In this document: positions 1 to 13,270 of the stretch, one piece after another
Layout: each line of letters starts with the position of its first letter
Position numbering within the stretch: position 1 is the stretch's first letter
NCBI GenBank assembly: GCA_030141605.1
Contig: JAQGDQ010000474.1
Coordinates: 1 to 64,000 of the forward strand
Length of the DNA: 64,000 nucleotides
Reading direction: 5' to 3'
Source of the DNA: Tubiluchus corallicola
Taxonomy: Eukaryota > Animalia > Priapulida
Position numbers and translations under genes: made by a program
Notes under the pieces: model-generated
What the model was told of the DNA's origin: nothing
Database searches by the model: none
What the model saw: only the letters and a program-made list of their open reading frames with translations

Positions 1-33
<33 letters not shown>

Positions 34-126
34 CCCCCTCCCCTCTCTCTCTCTCTCTCTCTCCCCCTCCCCCCTCTCTCTCTCTCCCTCCCTCTCCCTC
101 TCTCCCAAACTCTCTCTCTCTCTCCT
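1..126. repeat. (CT)n-rich microsatellite
   Basis: Near-pure CT/CCT tract at the window start. Confidence 0.95.
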
Positions 127-1228
127 CTCTAAAATTTCGTGAAGCATCATTAACCAGAAAAATCATTCAAGCGACTGTTTAAAGATTAAAGCAGCAACTG
201 ACCAGACGTCTGAAACACTGATGAACCAACAGCGATGGCCGCATTGATCGGTGCAGCATCCGCACATTCTCTCAACACCTGGACGTACTGCAACACGTCA
301 GCAGACTGCGAAGCACTAAACACAACAAAAAACCGAGTTTTACGAAAATTAGTTTAACGCGAATGTATGCCTAATTTGTCCGTGATCAAATCACGATAGA
401 TCATTCAAGTCTTGTTAATCAAAATAACACAGAATAAAAAATGTTGACAGCTATTTGTTAAAACTACAAAAACAGTGATAACAGACATAAGACTGTGTCT
501 ACATCGCAACAGCCTGCACACTTGGCACACCTGTGCATAACACTGTCTACATCGCTACAGCCTGCACACTTGGCACACCTGTGCATAACACTACGTGTCT
601 ACATCGCTACAGCCTGCACACTTGGCACACCTGTGCATAAGACTGTGTCTATATCGCAACAGCCTGTATACTTGGCACACCTGCGCACAACCATTTCTGC
701 TATAGCCATACTCTTCTTTAATTCCCTCTTCCCGGTAATTTTACTCTGTGGTTTAATCAAATCTGTACAACACACAAGGTCATTTACCTCAGTGGCTTCT
801 CAGTGATTTGCTCCCGGTTGCGACTCTCGGGCTCAATCAAACTGTACAGGGATTTCTCCAAGAGGTGCTCACGTAATGCTTGTGTCACATGAGCCAATGG
901 ACTGACTGAAAAAGTTAAATTATTCAAGAAATCATGATTATCAAGACTTGAATGATCTATCGTGATTTGATCACGGACAAATTAGGCATACATTCGCGTT
1001 AAACTAATTTTCGTAAAACTCTGTTTTGTTGTGTTTAGTGCTTCGCAGTCTGCTGACGTGTTGCAGTACGTCCAGGTGTTGAGAGAATGTGCGGATGCTG
1101 CACCGATCAATGCGGCCATCGCTGTTGGTTCATCAGTGTTTCAGACGTCTGGTCAGTTGCTGCTTTAATCTTTAAACAGTCGCTTGAATGATTTTTTCTG
1201 GTTAATGATGCTTCACGAAATTTTAGAG
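127..1228. mobile_element. Foldback/MITE-like element with ~290-bp inverted arms
   Basis: 127-420 (ctctaaaatttcgtgaagcatc...caagtcttgttaatc) is the near-perfect reverse complement of 936-1228. The arms continue into CT (left) and AG (right) tracts. Confidence 0.85.
488..690. repeat. ~50-bp tandem repeat x4 inside the foldback spacer
   Basis: Unit acatcgc(a/t)acagcctgcacacttggcacacctgtgcataa... repeated four times. Confidence 0.9.
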
Positions 1229-1921
1229 GGGGAAGAGAGAGAGTTGGAAAGGGAGACATCATGCTGTATAATTCATGTGTGTAGAGTTTCTTAGTTGTAC
1301 TTGGGTGTATTTTAACTGTTTATATACTTAGCTTTTCATTAAAGGCAAGCTCCAAAATCTGATAATTTATATGCCTTGTGACTACTAACTAACGGGGCCG
1401 TTATTGAAATTCCGCCAATTTGCCATTAAGAAATGCGCTAGTGGTTAGACGCATTTGCGTTGGTGTTTGAGCTAGAGGGTTACAACTGTGCAAACAGTTA
1501 ATTGGCAGGTAACAGTCGATCAAGGTGTAAGCAAAAGTGTTTACCAACTTTATTCCACTCAGCATCTTTTTAACTGGTCCTTTCCTCCAAATCTGCTAGG
1601 GCACAAAAGGCTATGAGCAGGGAGTGTATTTTCTTGTATGATTATTTGTAGTAGTTTGACACGTATGTAGTGCCTGAAGTTTTTAATGATTATGTAATTC
1701 ATGAATTTATTTTTTTTGTAATTAGCCAAAGCACAATCAACGTGTTGCCGTAATTAGTGGCAGTGTTGGAAAGCTGATATTTTAGTGACCCTAAGGCTTT
1801 TTTAAGTTTAAAATTGCACACTTGGGGTGTTTTGAGGCCTTTATTTTCAAATTGCGTGAGGCTTATTGGCATTCTGAATCTATTATATTAATATTCTTGG
1901 TATATATATATATGTGTGTGT

Positions 1922-2150
1922 GATTCGAGGCTACAGCTTCGATGAGGGCACCATTTGCAGCGATCTATACATCAAACAAAGGGTCTCGATCTAGTGTCGT
2001 CTCATTGGGGGTTTATTTTTCGAATCGGGCCCACTGGGACGAACGGGGGCGAAAAACCTCCAAAAATGGCCATTTTTGGCCGTTTTTTGCAAAACTTATA
2101 AATCTGAAATCTGAAGAACGGGAATGGGTCATGGGTGGTGCTGGCTTTTA
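1922..2150 (+). repeat. Interspersed repeat family headed by an AT/TA-rich tract (copy 1)
   Basis: gattcgaggctacagc...caccatttgc...gatctatac...tttcgaatcggg...cgaaaaacctccaaaaatggccatttt is shared with 32175-32470, and in degraded form with 53300-53460. Confidence 0.75.
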
Positions 2151-2331
2151 AAATAATGCGTAACTTGATGAATAATTTACCTGGGAATAATGTGTAATAA
2201 GAATTTAGTTATCGTGTTATTTAGAGCGCAGACTATTAATATTTTAATATTATGGTTGTGCTTGGATTATGTCTCTCTTTATCACTGATGGAGAAAGGAA
2301 ACACATTGTAAACTTTCGCACATATTTTTAG

Positions 2332-3424
2332 GGTGTGACGAGGTTTCCAAGTGGTGGGCTGCAGTCGTGGCTATCGGTGCTCATTGGCTGACCGGTGACG
2401 ATGCGGCAGCCAATCGCGCATACCCAATTGTTGATCAGTTGCCGCGGGAACTACAAGAAACTGTGTAAGTACAGATGTGAATGTTTTTCACAATAGGAGT
2501 CTGTGATTTTTCGCAAGATGCGAGACAAGATGGAGTTGTCTCCACGTAGCTTTCTATATAGCAGTGGTTCCCAAACTTTCTCGGACCGTTACCCAAATCG
2601 GGAAACCCGGTCTTGTCCATTACCCCCCACCTAGTACTACTTCTCCAACTCAAAAAGTAAACGCACTTAACAAGCAAGCAAAATTATTTATGTTTGTTCG
2701 TGACATAAACAAATTTCCAGGTGTTGTTGTTGTATTGTTGCCAAAACAAGAATTACAATTATGACACAGTGTTGCCTGCCGTATTGTTGCCATTTTCAAG
2801 AAGAAAACAACGTAAAATGCATTCCGAGCAAAGTTTTAAAAATTTTCAGAAGGGTGCCCGTTCCCCCCGCCCCAAACCATATTGCCCCCGGGGGGGTAAT
2901 TTACCCCTACTTTGCGAACCACTGCTCTATAGTGTATTTGAGTCCTGCATAACACTACATAACAATAATGATGATGAGTTGTTATTCGTTACAAGATGCA
3001 GTAGGTTTGCCATGGTTAATTGATTGATGAGTTATGAGTGAGACAAGAAGAGAATTTTTTGTTTTTTCCGACTTTGCAATTCATATTTATCGAATGAAAA
3101 ATGTTTGGCTATTCAAAGTGATTCTAAAAATATCCCAATCATCAAATATTCATTTCACTGTATCTGTATTGGCTCAAAAGTTTTTACATTAGTTTATGCA
3201 CATATAGCAATCCATTGCCACGATGTGTACACGTAGCATTGCAAGCCCGGAGGCAGTTTCTATGGGAACGGGATAAGACGAAGAATCATGCCGACTGTAT
3301 CAATAGATGCAATGCCGCAGGCCAACTGTTGGCGGATAGTATATGTTACTCTGACCAGCAGGAACAGTCTGCATTAATTTTGGTAGGTAGTCATACATGC
3401 ATGTATATATATATATATATATAT

Positions 3425-3498
<74 letters not shown>

Positions 3499-6074
3499 AG
3501 GGAGGGAGAGAGAGAGGGGGGGAGAGAGAGAGGGGGAGTGTGTGTAGAGTTTCTTAGTTGTACTTGGGTGTATTTGAACTGCTTATATACTTAGCTTTTC
3601 ATTAAAGACAAGCTTCAAAAATGTCAGTAGGGTCATAAACAATTTGTGCTGAGTATCGAAAAGCTCGAAATTCATTGTTGTATAGTGGAGCCAAAAGGCT
3701 GTCTGTTATAACGAAAATGAAGTGGAACGTTCCAGGGATCAGCGACAAGTACGTGGTGAACTGATTGTCGACCGTGGTGCATTGTAGTTGCATTGCACTG
3801 ATATTGAGTGTACAATGTGACCGCATTGCAACTACGGTTGCAACCACATTCTGCGATACGGGCTCGGAGCCAGCGTATTTTGGAAGAGTCGAGACGTCTT
3901 GGATTTATTATGAAGGAGTCGAGCTGCTACATTATACAAGCAGTCATCGACTTACGACTATTGAACTTTACGACCTGACCACAACTTTATTAATTAAATT
4001 AAGTGTAACTCACATTTCTTTCTTGTTTTTAAACAAGTTATGTTTAAATCGTTATCTGTTTTGATAAATTAATCACTTGAATATGCGGCTCCGACTTGCG
4101 TCCATATTGTCTTACGGCACTGATTGTGGACTTAAGTCGACGACTACCAACAGATGTATTACTAAACATCTTTTGTATTGAATTGAGAGGTCACCTTTTG
4201 AAACTGTGGCTGGAAGAGGGTATATAATCCTAGTAACTGAATAATTGCCCAGTCTAATTTAACTCTATTGATAGTAATTTTTACCTTCAACATCTATACT
4301 TTATATATGCTTATTGCTTATAAGACTGTCTGTTGTAGAAAGTTATTGTATTAGTGTTGAAGCTGTAGAACTGTTACTTTGATAATGTTAGTCAAAGTAG
4401 TACTGTTTAAGAGAATGTCTACGCTGTACATTACTAGCTATTGTCTTAATATTGACATGTTGGCAGCTTTGAGTTGTGCTTAACGTGAACTGGTTATATT
4501 TCAGGGTATGCACCTTCTCGTCTGTGATTGGTTGCTTACCACACGCATGGAGGTGTGGCAAAACGAGTCAGCTGCTATAGATTCTAGCCACCAGACGGCA
4601 TCTCATTCACAACTCCGCGCTTTTCAGAATGATTTGCAGTCTCTGCGGAAAGTCGCAGCGTCGCTAAAGTCAGCCTACCCCAAAGTAAGTTGAACGTTAT
4701 CATGGTGTTTAGCCTCTAAGGTTGAAAGCTGATTGTGTTTTATTTGTAAATGCAATACGTGTAATGCGATATTTTTTTGCTGTCACAAACCAGTATACTT
4801 TTTTAATGTTGCTGTAAAAGATTGCCTTATGCCAAGCTTGAGAAAGTGCTGCTATGAGATGTCAATGTTTTTTGTCATAAGGAATAGCTGATTGGTCATG
4901 GTATGTGTTTAGCAACTGAAGTTAAGCAGCAACAAACCCAGGCACTAAAAGCACAAGAGAGACTGTTGATATTTCTTGGTTGTTTTGTGATCTGCATGCT
5001 GACCCTGCTCTAGGTCGTTGGAGAACATTATACACAATCCAAACATGGCTTCCCAACTCAATTTCCCCTCTTAGAAAATCATCCTTGATAATGGAAAAGA
5101 TTCCAGTTGCTCCACAATCATTGAGCGCAGGATTTTGGATTATGAAACAGTATAAAATGAGGGTAATCTCATTGTATCTGAATAATTTTTAGGTATTTTT
5201 ATACGAAACCGGTGCGAGATTAATGGCAGGTGCCAATCCCTCCTCAACTCAGCTTTTGTTAGACAGAGCATTGCGTAGAAGAAATACAAAGATGAGTTCT
5301 ACATGTGAACAAGGTATTATCATCTACATTTATGTCCATTTACTTTGCCCCTCAAGTTTCGAGCAGAAGAAGTTAGTGACAGAAAAGTTCGCAACTGTGA
5401 TTCTCTGCTGTATCAGATTTAATATACTTCATACATTTGTGGTATAATGTCACAGTATATTTGTTGGTTTATGTTACGTTAAATTATGTTAAATTTATGT
5501 TTATGTTAATTAAACCAATATGGATAATTTATAAAACTTACTTATTTAGTTGTTGTTGTTTGTGTTTCGACTATGTTTGTCCCATTCTGTGTGGAATAAT
5601 TGTTTTGCAATAAAATAACAAAACGCATAAAATTACCGCCAGCAAGTTGAATGCATAATATGCATTGTAAGTCTCGATTTGGACTTTATGATGTTTCAAA
5701 CTTTCATTCTTGCTTTGCATAAATAAACTATAAAGTTTGAGCATTTGTAAGAGTTCCAGCAAATTGGTCATTAAAATGGTCGTTTTTGAGCTAATCATCA
5801 TCGTTTTTTTTATTTACAAAACACTTTGCTATGAAATGTTGTAAATGTTTTTCCTGCAGACATTGATTCTGGTGACCGTGACAGAGCGAGAGCATTATTG
5901 CTGGCTTCTAGGCATCTACCTAAATGTCTTCTGGTGGATCCCGGACAGCAGGCGGGATGGTTGGCTGACGCGGCGCAATCTTTTCAAAAGCTTGGCGACA
6001 AGTCGGCTTTGAAGGAATGCCACGACATGATGTTACACGTTGGTGCAGGATTAAATCCAATCGCTGCTTCTTGA
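2332..6074 (+). CDS. SREBP: Sterol regulatory element-binding protein, C-terminal regulatory domain (last 5 exons; 5' part is outside the window)
   Basis: Exons 2332-2464 (CDEVSKWWAAVVAIGAHWLTGDDAAANRAYPIVDQLPRELQ), 3208-3382 (NPLPRCVHVALQAR...CNAAGQLLADS), 4505-4684 (MHLLVCDWLLTTR...LRAFQNDLQSLRKVA), 5193-5313 (VFLYETGARLMAGANPSSTQLLLDRALRRR) and 5860-6074 (RARALLLASRHLP...LADAAQSFQKLGDK...CHDMM; TGA). All are GT-AG and phase-compatible. They match SREBF1/2 motifs such as VFLHEATARLMAGASP. Confidence 0.96.
2562..2924. mobile_element. hAT-type MITE
   Basis: TIRs cagtggttcccaaa / tttgcgaaccactg; 8-bp TSD ctatatag / ctctatag (7/8 match). Confidence 0.85.
3405..3540. repeat. (TA)n-(AG)n compound microsatellite
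   Basis: Seen directly. It is followed by ~85 bp also present at ~1277-1360. Confidence 0.95.
3771..3838 (+). ncRNA. mir-33: pre-miR-33 hairpin in an SREBP intron (mature 5p 3777-3797)
   Basis: GTGCATTGTAGTTGCATTGCA matches mature miR-33-5p exactly. The 3p arm caatgtgaccgcattgcaac starts at 3813, and accgt/acggt closes the stem. Confidence 0.96.
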
Positions 6075-9000
6075 GATGCTCATTTCATCTGATAACTAAG
6101 TTGTTTGCTGCTTGAAGGTCATAATGTCGGGGCTTAAGGTTTCCCCGCTACAGTCCCATTAAAAAGTCTCGCCCTGAAAGAATTCAAAAATAAGGTGGTG
6201 TGCCTAATAAATTCTTATCAAGTGGAAATTCGAAGTTTGATCAGGGATGAGAATACCAGCGGTGTAATAAACATAATACTAATAATGCCACCGTTTATTT
6301 GGGATGGTTTGGATGACCTAGCAACAAATTCTGGAGTCTGTTTAATGTACATACAAGTGAAACAATGAATCTTATTAGAAAGCAAAGCTGTGAATTAACA
6401 GTAATAATTGATGCATCCATCACGAGGTATTCTTATTGAGATTGTACCCTTGTCTCACTACAGATAACAATTGTTGTTAGCTGTGTGGGAAAAACGCTAA
6501 CTTTGTGGAAGGTTTCCTTCAAGTTGAATTTCTTTTATTGTTAGAATGAGATTGATAAGCAGTGAGACATTGTTCCCAAATTATTGAACTGTCTGATTTA
6601 AGAACTACAACTTCCGTAATGTATTTATTTTATGTATTTATCATATTCACTGATAAATAATGCTGTTGATAATCTGTTGAAATCAGTAATTATTACAAAA
6701 TATAATATAAGTGTCCAGTAGGAACTGGTTATGTAAATATGTGACGTTCTGTACATATTGTGCATATCATCAACTTGTGTTGCATTAAGTATAACACTGT
6801 ACCAAATCACCTGCTTTTTTTGTTAACTTACATAAATTGTGATCTCTTTATTTGTTGTAAATATACGAAATCTTTTGAGTAATCGTGTCTTTGGCGAATT
6901 TATTTTAGTGTTAATCATCGGCATTCATTACCGCATCCAACATCGCATTTCAAAACTTTAAAGCATCAAGTTTAGACAAGTTATTAACCACTTACTGTTT
7001 TTTTTTACAAAATAATCGTTGCTTTAGAAAAGATGGTAGGCGTCACCATTTCAATGCCTCACCAAATGCTTAAGAAGTTATCTGAAATCATTGGGATGAC
7101 ATAAAATGGAGATTAAAATACTGCACAATAAAAATAAGATCTAAACATGTACTAATTACTATGTTAACATTTCTTATTATGCTACATTACAATGTTATGC
7201 AACTGTAGTAATTGCATAATCATTCCTTGTTCCTGAAGATGTCTCATCTGTACTGTAGATGGCAGCACCAACTTTGAGGTAGAATAAAATAGAATAGAAA
7301 TTTGTTTTTTACTTGGCATATGTAAAAACAATATTATTTCCATTATAGTCCAAGCACAGAAAATTGAATCACTATAAACTGACAGTGACTATCATTGACT
7401 AAATTTTGTATCCTTATGGTTTTTTGTCACTGGAGAGTCCTGATAAGTAATTGTGTAGTGGATCTAATAGGTGGAGCTGCATTTACAGCAAAAGACTAAG
7501 GAAAACCGAACTTTTCATCTTGTATCAATAGTGCATTGACTACTCGAGATCTGATACAGAAAAACTAACTGGCAGATAACTGATAATTGTCTTTAATTGA
7601 GGTTTCAAAACTTGTAATTCATATAGAAGTAATTCTTGGCAAATAATTCCATAGATAAGAAACCCGGAGAAAGCTTTTTAGACGTTTAGTCTGTATTTAA
7701 TTATTCATCTTTGCTACAAATTTTCTGAAACATGGTCGTACATCTAGCACAGGTGGGATAAGGCAGCAGTTCGTTGAGCTGCTTAAGCAGGCAGTATAAT
7801 AATCATGACAGGTGTATGTTAAATTTGAAATTGATAAAATTGCGTTGTATAATTATTCCATACAAACAACTGCTCGTTCTTATACATTAGCATTTGCAAT
7901 ACCTTTGTGAAGAACTGATTCCTATCATCACGTATCACATTTTTTTTTTGAAAGAGGGCTGACATGATCGTTTCAAATATTGTTATTGCTCAGTAACGCC
8001 ATTAAGTGAGTAAACTGTCTATAATAGTGGTGTGCTGGCAAAGCGTCTTAGTGATGGCGGGAAGTTTTGCACGTGTATGTCTATAGTTTATTAAATATAA
8101 TTATTGTGTATTTTGTTGTAAACTTGTGATAGTAAATTTGATAATCCTAAAACTAACGGTTAATATTGCTTAATTTGAAATTTTACTGAAGTTATCGACT
8201 TATTACCCTGGAACACCATGTCTTCCACATTACCTACGCCAACATCTTGGAATGATCAAATGGTTGAAATGTTGCAGGTAGGTAAAGCTAAATTGATACC
8301 GTACAATGATTAAAATTAATGTTACTTTGTGTATTTATCCGCTAAGTATTGTAAATATTAATAACAGCGTGCTACTAATTTTTGTTGTTAAATTTACCAG
8401 CTAAGCTGCGACTGTACTAACTTGCAGTTTTCGTGCATGTTAAACTTTACTACTACTAGTTTAATTAAAATAACTTACTAACTAACTACCTGGTATGTAG
8501 TAGTACTAGTAGCACTGTGTGTTCCGGAAATATTTCCTCACTGAAGTATAGCTGTGATAGTATCAATCATCAGAATGGTGTTGGAATGATTGGGAAGTGA
8601 TTAGGATGTTACAACTCACTTGTCACTAGTCATTTAAAATTATTGTAAATTGTCTCTTATTTGATCTTCCAGATTGTTTTATAAATTTACTACAGAGCAC
8701 TCAAAACCTGGCAGCTAGGGTAGTTTTGTATAATTGGAAAATTTCAACTAAAAAGGTTCTTAAAATTTTGCAATGGCTGCCTGTCAGATTTAGTATCACG
8801 TTTAAAATTCCTTGCTTTGTTGCACAAATGTTTGCACAATATGGTTCCTAGTCATTTGTGAATCTACTAAAAATTAAAGGCAAAAACTGTCTCCGTTCCG
8901 ACGCACTCCAGTGTCCAGACTGAGCCTGGCATCATTCTAGGTGTACCCCTTTTAATAATTGTAAAACGTTTGCGGACAGATTTTTCTCAAAGTACGTAGG

Positions 9001-9894
9001 TTGGGTACCACTACGTTTGTAATTTGTAACCGTTTCTAGTTGATTTAGTTGCTTATTTTTGCAAACTGCATGAAACCTGTATTCTGTAATGGTAGTCTGT
9101 GGCGAGACAGTGACGGAAAAGAATCGTGACCTTGACACAGATTCAAATTTTCTCTCTACATTTATGTTAATGAAGGATGACCTTCATTTGAACAGCCATT
9201 AAATATTTATCCATTATGTCCATTTCTAACACTACTGACCTTGACCGCTCACTTCTGACCTTTTACCTTTTAATTACATTTGGGTTTTTATGGTGACAAG
9301 CAAACAAAGTGTAATATTAGTGCTTAGTGTAATATTTTATTGTTCGTACATGTTCATCACGCCACATGCCCTTTCGTCATTTCACTTCACATTTGACGTG
9401 CTTTAAGACGCCATTTCCCAAATTATGCATTTTATCTGAAACGAAATATACAAATTCCTTTATTGATAAACTAATTCATTTCTTATCAAAAGATCGATTA
9501 CGATTAAGTGAAATTAATGAGAGACTTTCAGTAAATGACTAAATAAAATTTACATACATCTTTGGCATCAAATCAAATCACAAAATTTATCAACACGTCG
9601 TTGCTTTGATCATATTGAAGTTTGCATGGCAGGTGAAAAAACTAGGACGCAAAGATAAAGTCAGATGTCGCCACCTTGCAGGTAAATACCTTACAGGTAC
9701 GTCAATTTAATCTAATCAGAGCGCACACTGAACTATTATGGGTTACATTGTCAGCACAAACTATTATGATTATTTAGTAAACAGGTAATTAGAAATTCTC
9801 AATAAATTAACTAATAAATGTAAAAATACGAAATCTTATTGACTGGAATAAAAACATTCCCTCAAAATTAAAAATCACTCTATGGAAAGTGACA

Positions 9895-9969
9895 ATGATG
9901 ATGATGATGATGATGACGATGATGATGATGATGGTGATGATGATGATGATGATGATGATGACGATGATG

Positions 9970-10040
<71 letters not shown>

Positions 10041-10070
10041 GATGATGATGATGACATTAGTCATGATGAT
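9895..10070. repeat. (GAT)n microsatellite
   Basis: Seen directly. It generates the poly-D/M/I/S pseudo-ORFs. Confidence 0.95.
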
Positions 10071-11258
10071 CCAGACGAACGAGCAAACATACAAGTGGAA
10101 TAGAACCGAGAATAACTTTGGTTGTCTTCTTTGAACCGCTGAATATAATTTACTATGCTGTGGGTACAGTAGGTTATTATAAGTGAAATTGTTATACTGT
10201 AAAAGAAGTCAAAATTTCCACTTAAGTCTCAAAAAATTAATTACTTTTTCTCACAAATTTTCGTCCCACACGGCTGCTTCAGCTGTACAGAGAGATATTT
10301 CAAAACTACGCATAAAATAAACAGCGTCTTTAAAATGAAGGACACAGACTCATCAAAAAAGATTCAATAAATTTTGAATTAGAAGAAAACAGTGCAATGA
10401 AGTCCTGAGGCATTAAAACGTCTGTGAAATTTAAAGAATTCTTTAAAACTAGACGGGCGTTTTGAGGTTATCACCATGACAAGTCTCAGAATAGCACAAA
10501 AGTTTTTATTTTCAAGCAAATATATTATACCCTAAGGCTAAAAGTTCTTGATGATCAAGAGTAAACAGGTATTCGAAAATTACAGCTTTCTATGGTTGAA
10601 TGTTTTATTGATTTTTTGGCATTTGAAGCATTTCATTCATTCACGAGTTGCAGTTTTTCGATCGACCTATAGTGGCACTTGTTTTTAGCCCGCACAACAT
10701 TCCAGAACCGTTTCTGTCATTGGTCAGTTTGTTGGGGTGTGCGTATTGTGAAATATACAGGTAGCTTGTTTGCTGTTTATCACCTTAGCTTTCCGGAATT
10801 AGTTTATCTTATACGGTAGTTGACAAATACTATGTCCACATTTTGCACAAACATCGTTATTTGTAAACAAAGTAGTAGGTTATATTCTGTTTGTTCTGTT
10901 TTTAGTGTTCTCTATGTAACATTTTAACAAGTGGTAAATAATAACTGACTGACTGATCGATTACAATGTGTTTTTGATTTCTTGGGCTTGATTAGCACGT
11001 GGTACAACCTACTCCCTGTTATGGGGTTTAGTCACTTTAATTGCAAAGGCTTTGCTAGTTGATCAGGCTGGAGTGGAAGGTGTGCCAAAATTCCAGTTCA
11101 CTTTAAAATGTCCTTTGACGACTTGAAGTTCTGAGCTTCACTATCTTTTAATTTAACTTGACTTCCCTAAATTTCTGTAATTTGTTTTTGCGTCCTTAAT
11201 GGTAACTACTCCTTTCGCTTAAATTTTTCGTAATTATGTTTCTTTTCGTTTCGTTTAA

Positions 11259-13270
11259 AGGAGAAGGAAGGTAAATTTTAAGGTATGTCCCAAAAAAAAC
11301 CTTTGCATACAAAGTCTTATTACTTTGCATTATACTTGCTTGTTTGAATCACCCAAGTAACCAGAAAATAAAATTCTTAATAATTTAAAATGTTTGCGCC
11401 AACTACAAAACGTCACTGTATCACCTTCCCACTTCCCACTGTTTGTGCCAACTACAAAACGTCACTGTATCACCTTCCCACTTCCCACTGTTTGCGCCAT
11501 CTACAAAACGTCACTGTATCACCTTCCCAATGTTTGCGCCATCTACAAAACGTCACTGTATCACCTTCCCAATGTTTGCGCCAACTACAAAACGTCACTG
11601 TATCACCTTCCCAATGTTTGCGCCATCTACAAAACGTCACTGTATCACCTTCCCAATGTTTGTGCCACCTACAAAACGTCACTGTAGCACCTTCCCAATG
11701 TTTGCGCCAACTACAAAACATCACTGTATCACCTTCCCAATGTTTGTGCCAACTACAAAACGTCACTGTATCACCTTCCCAATGTTTGTGCCACCTACAA
11801 AACGTCACTGTATCACCTTCCCAATGTTTGCGCCAACTACAAAACGTCACTGTATCACCTTCCCAATGTTTGTGCCAACTACAAAACGTCACTGTATCAC
11901 CTTCCCAATGTTTGTGCCATCTACAAAACGTCACTGTATCACCTTCCCAATGTTTGTGCCAACTACAAAACGTCACTGTATCACCTTCCCAATGTTTGCG
12001 CCATCTACAAAACGTCACTGTATCACCTTCCCAATGTTTGTGCCAACTACAAAACGTCACTGTATCACCTTCCCACTTCCCACTGTTTGCGCCAACTACA
12101 AAACGTCACTGTATCACCTTCCCAATGTTTGCGCCATCTACAAAACGTCACTGTATCACCTTCCCAATGTTTGCGCCATCTACAAAACGTCACTGTATCA
12201 CCTTCCCAATGTTTGTGCCACCTACAAAACGTCACTGTATCACCTTCCCAATGTTTGTGCCACCTACAAAACGTCACTGTATCACCTTCCCAATGTTTGC
12301 GCCACCTACAAAACGTCACTGTATCACCTTCCCAATGTTTGCGCCATCTACAAAACGTCACTGTATCACCTTCCCAATGTTTGCGCCATCTACAAAACGT
12401 CACTGTATCACCTTCCCAATGTTTGCGCCATCTACAAAACGTCACTGTATCACCTTCCCAATGTTTGTGCCACCTACAAAACGTCACTGTATCACCTTCC
12501 CAATGTTTGTGCCACCTACAAAACGTCACTGTATCACCTTCCCAATGTTTGTGCCACCTACAAAACGTCACTGTATCACCTTCCCAATGTTTGTGCCACC
12601 TACAAAACGTCACTGTATCACCTTCCCAATGTTTGCGCCATCTACAAAACGTCACTGTATCACCTTCCCAATGTTTGTGCCACCTACAAAACGTCACTGT
12701 ATCACCTTCCCAATGTTTGTGCCAACTACAAAACATCACTGTATCACCTTCCCAATGTTTGTGCCAACTACAAAACGTCACTGTATCACCTTCCCAATGT
12801 TTGCGCCAACTACAAAACGTCACTGTATCACCTTCCCACTTCCCACTGTTTGCGCCATCTACAAAACGTCACTGTATCACCTTCCCAATGTTTGTGCCAC
12901 CTACAAAACGTCACTGTATCACCTTCCCAATGTGCTCTACTGATTACTGATTCACCAAAAAACATTTTTAATCTTATTTACAAGAAAAACAAAGTTATAC
13001 TTTTGCTTAGTTAGTGAATTTTACGCCACGAGTGCTCTGGATATTTTGTCAAGCTTCAAAGGACGTACCGTTAAAGTGACTGCACCTATAACGGTCATCG
13101 CGGGAGTTTTAATTTCTAAGTTTCACACAGCATTTCTGCTAACACAAGCTCTGTATGCAATAAGGCAGTATAACAGTATTACAAAGCTCGGAGACGATTC
13201 CTTTTGCATTATGTAGGTAAAAAGGTTTCTTGTCCTTCGAATATTTGGCAACTGTTTTTGCTTTCTCAGC
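11259..13270 (+). mobile_element. Kolobok-like non-autonomous DNA element (TTAA|AGG start) carrying an expanded minisatellite
   Basis: ttaaaggagaagg...tattactttgcattat...aaaattcttaataattt is shared with the copies at 22354-22830 and 28803-29260. The right end is not resolved and the family call rests on the TTAA-AGG start. Confidence 0.55.
11389..12932. repeat. 42-bp minisatellite, ~36 copies
   Basis: Unit aatgtttg(c/t)gcca(a/t/c)ctacaaaacgtcactgtatcaccttccc, with occasional 49-bp variants (+acttccc). Confidence 0.97.

Noticed and set aside
210-260. CTGATGA motif suggesting a hammerhead ribozyme
   Set aside because: No stem II followed by GAAA in the required arrangement.
9807-10134. Poly-D/M/I/S ORFs
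   Set aside because: Translations of a (GAT)n microsatellite with no splice or coding context.
11390-13014. 517/523-aa repetitive ORFs, or a CRISPR-like array
   Set aside because: A 42-bp head-to-tail minisatellite with no unique spacers; open frames on both strands follow from the unit length.
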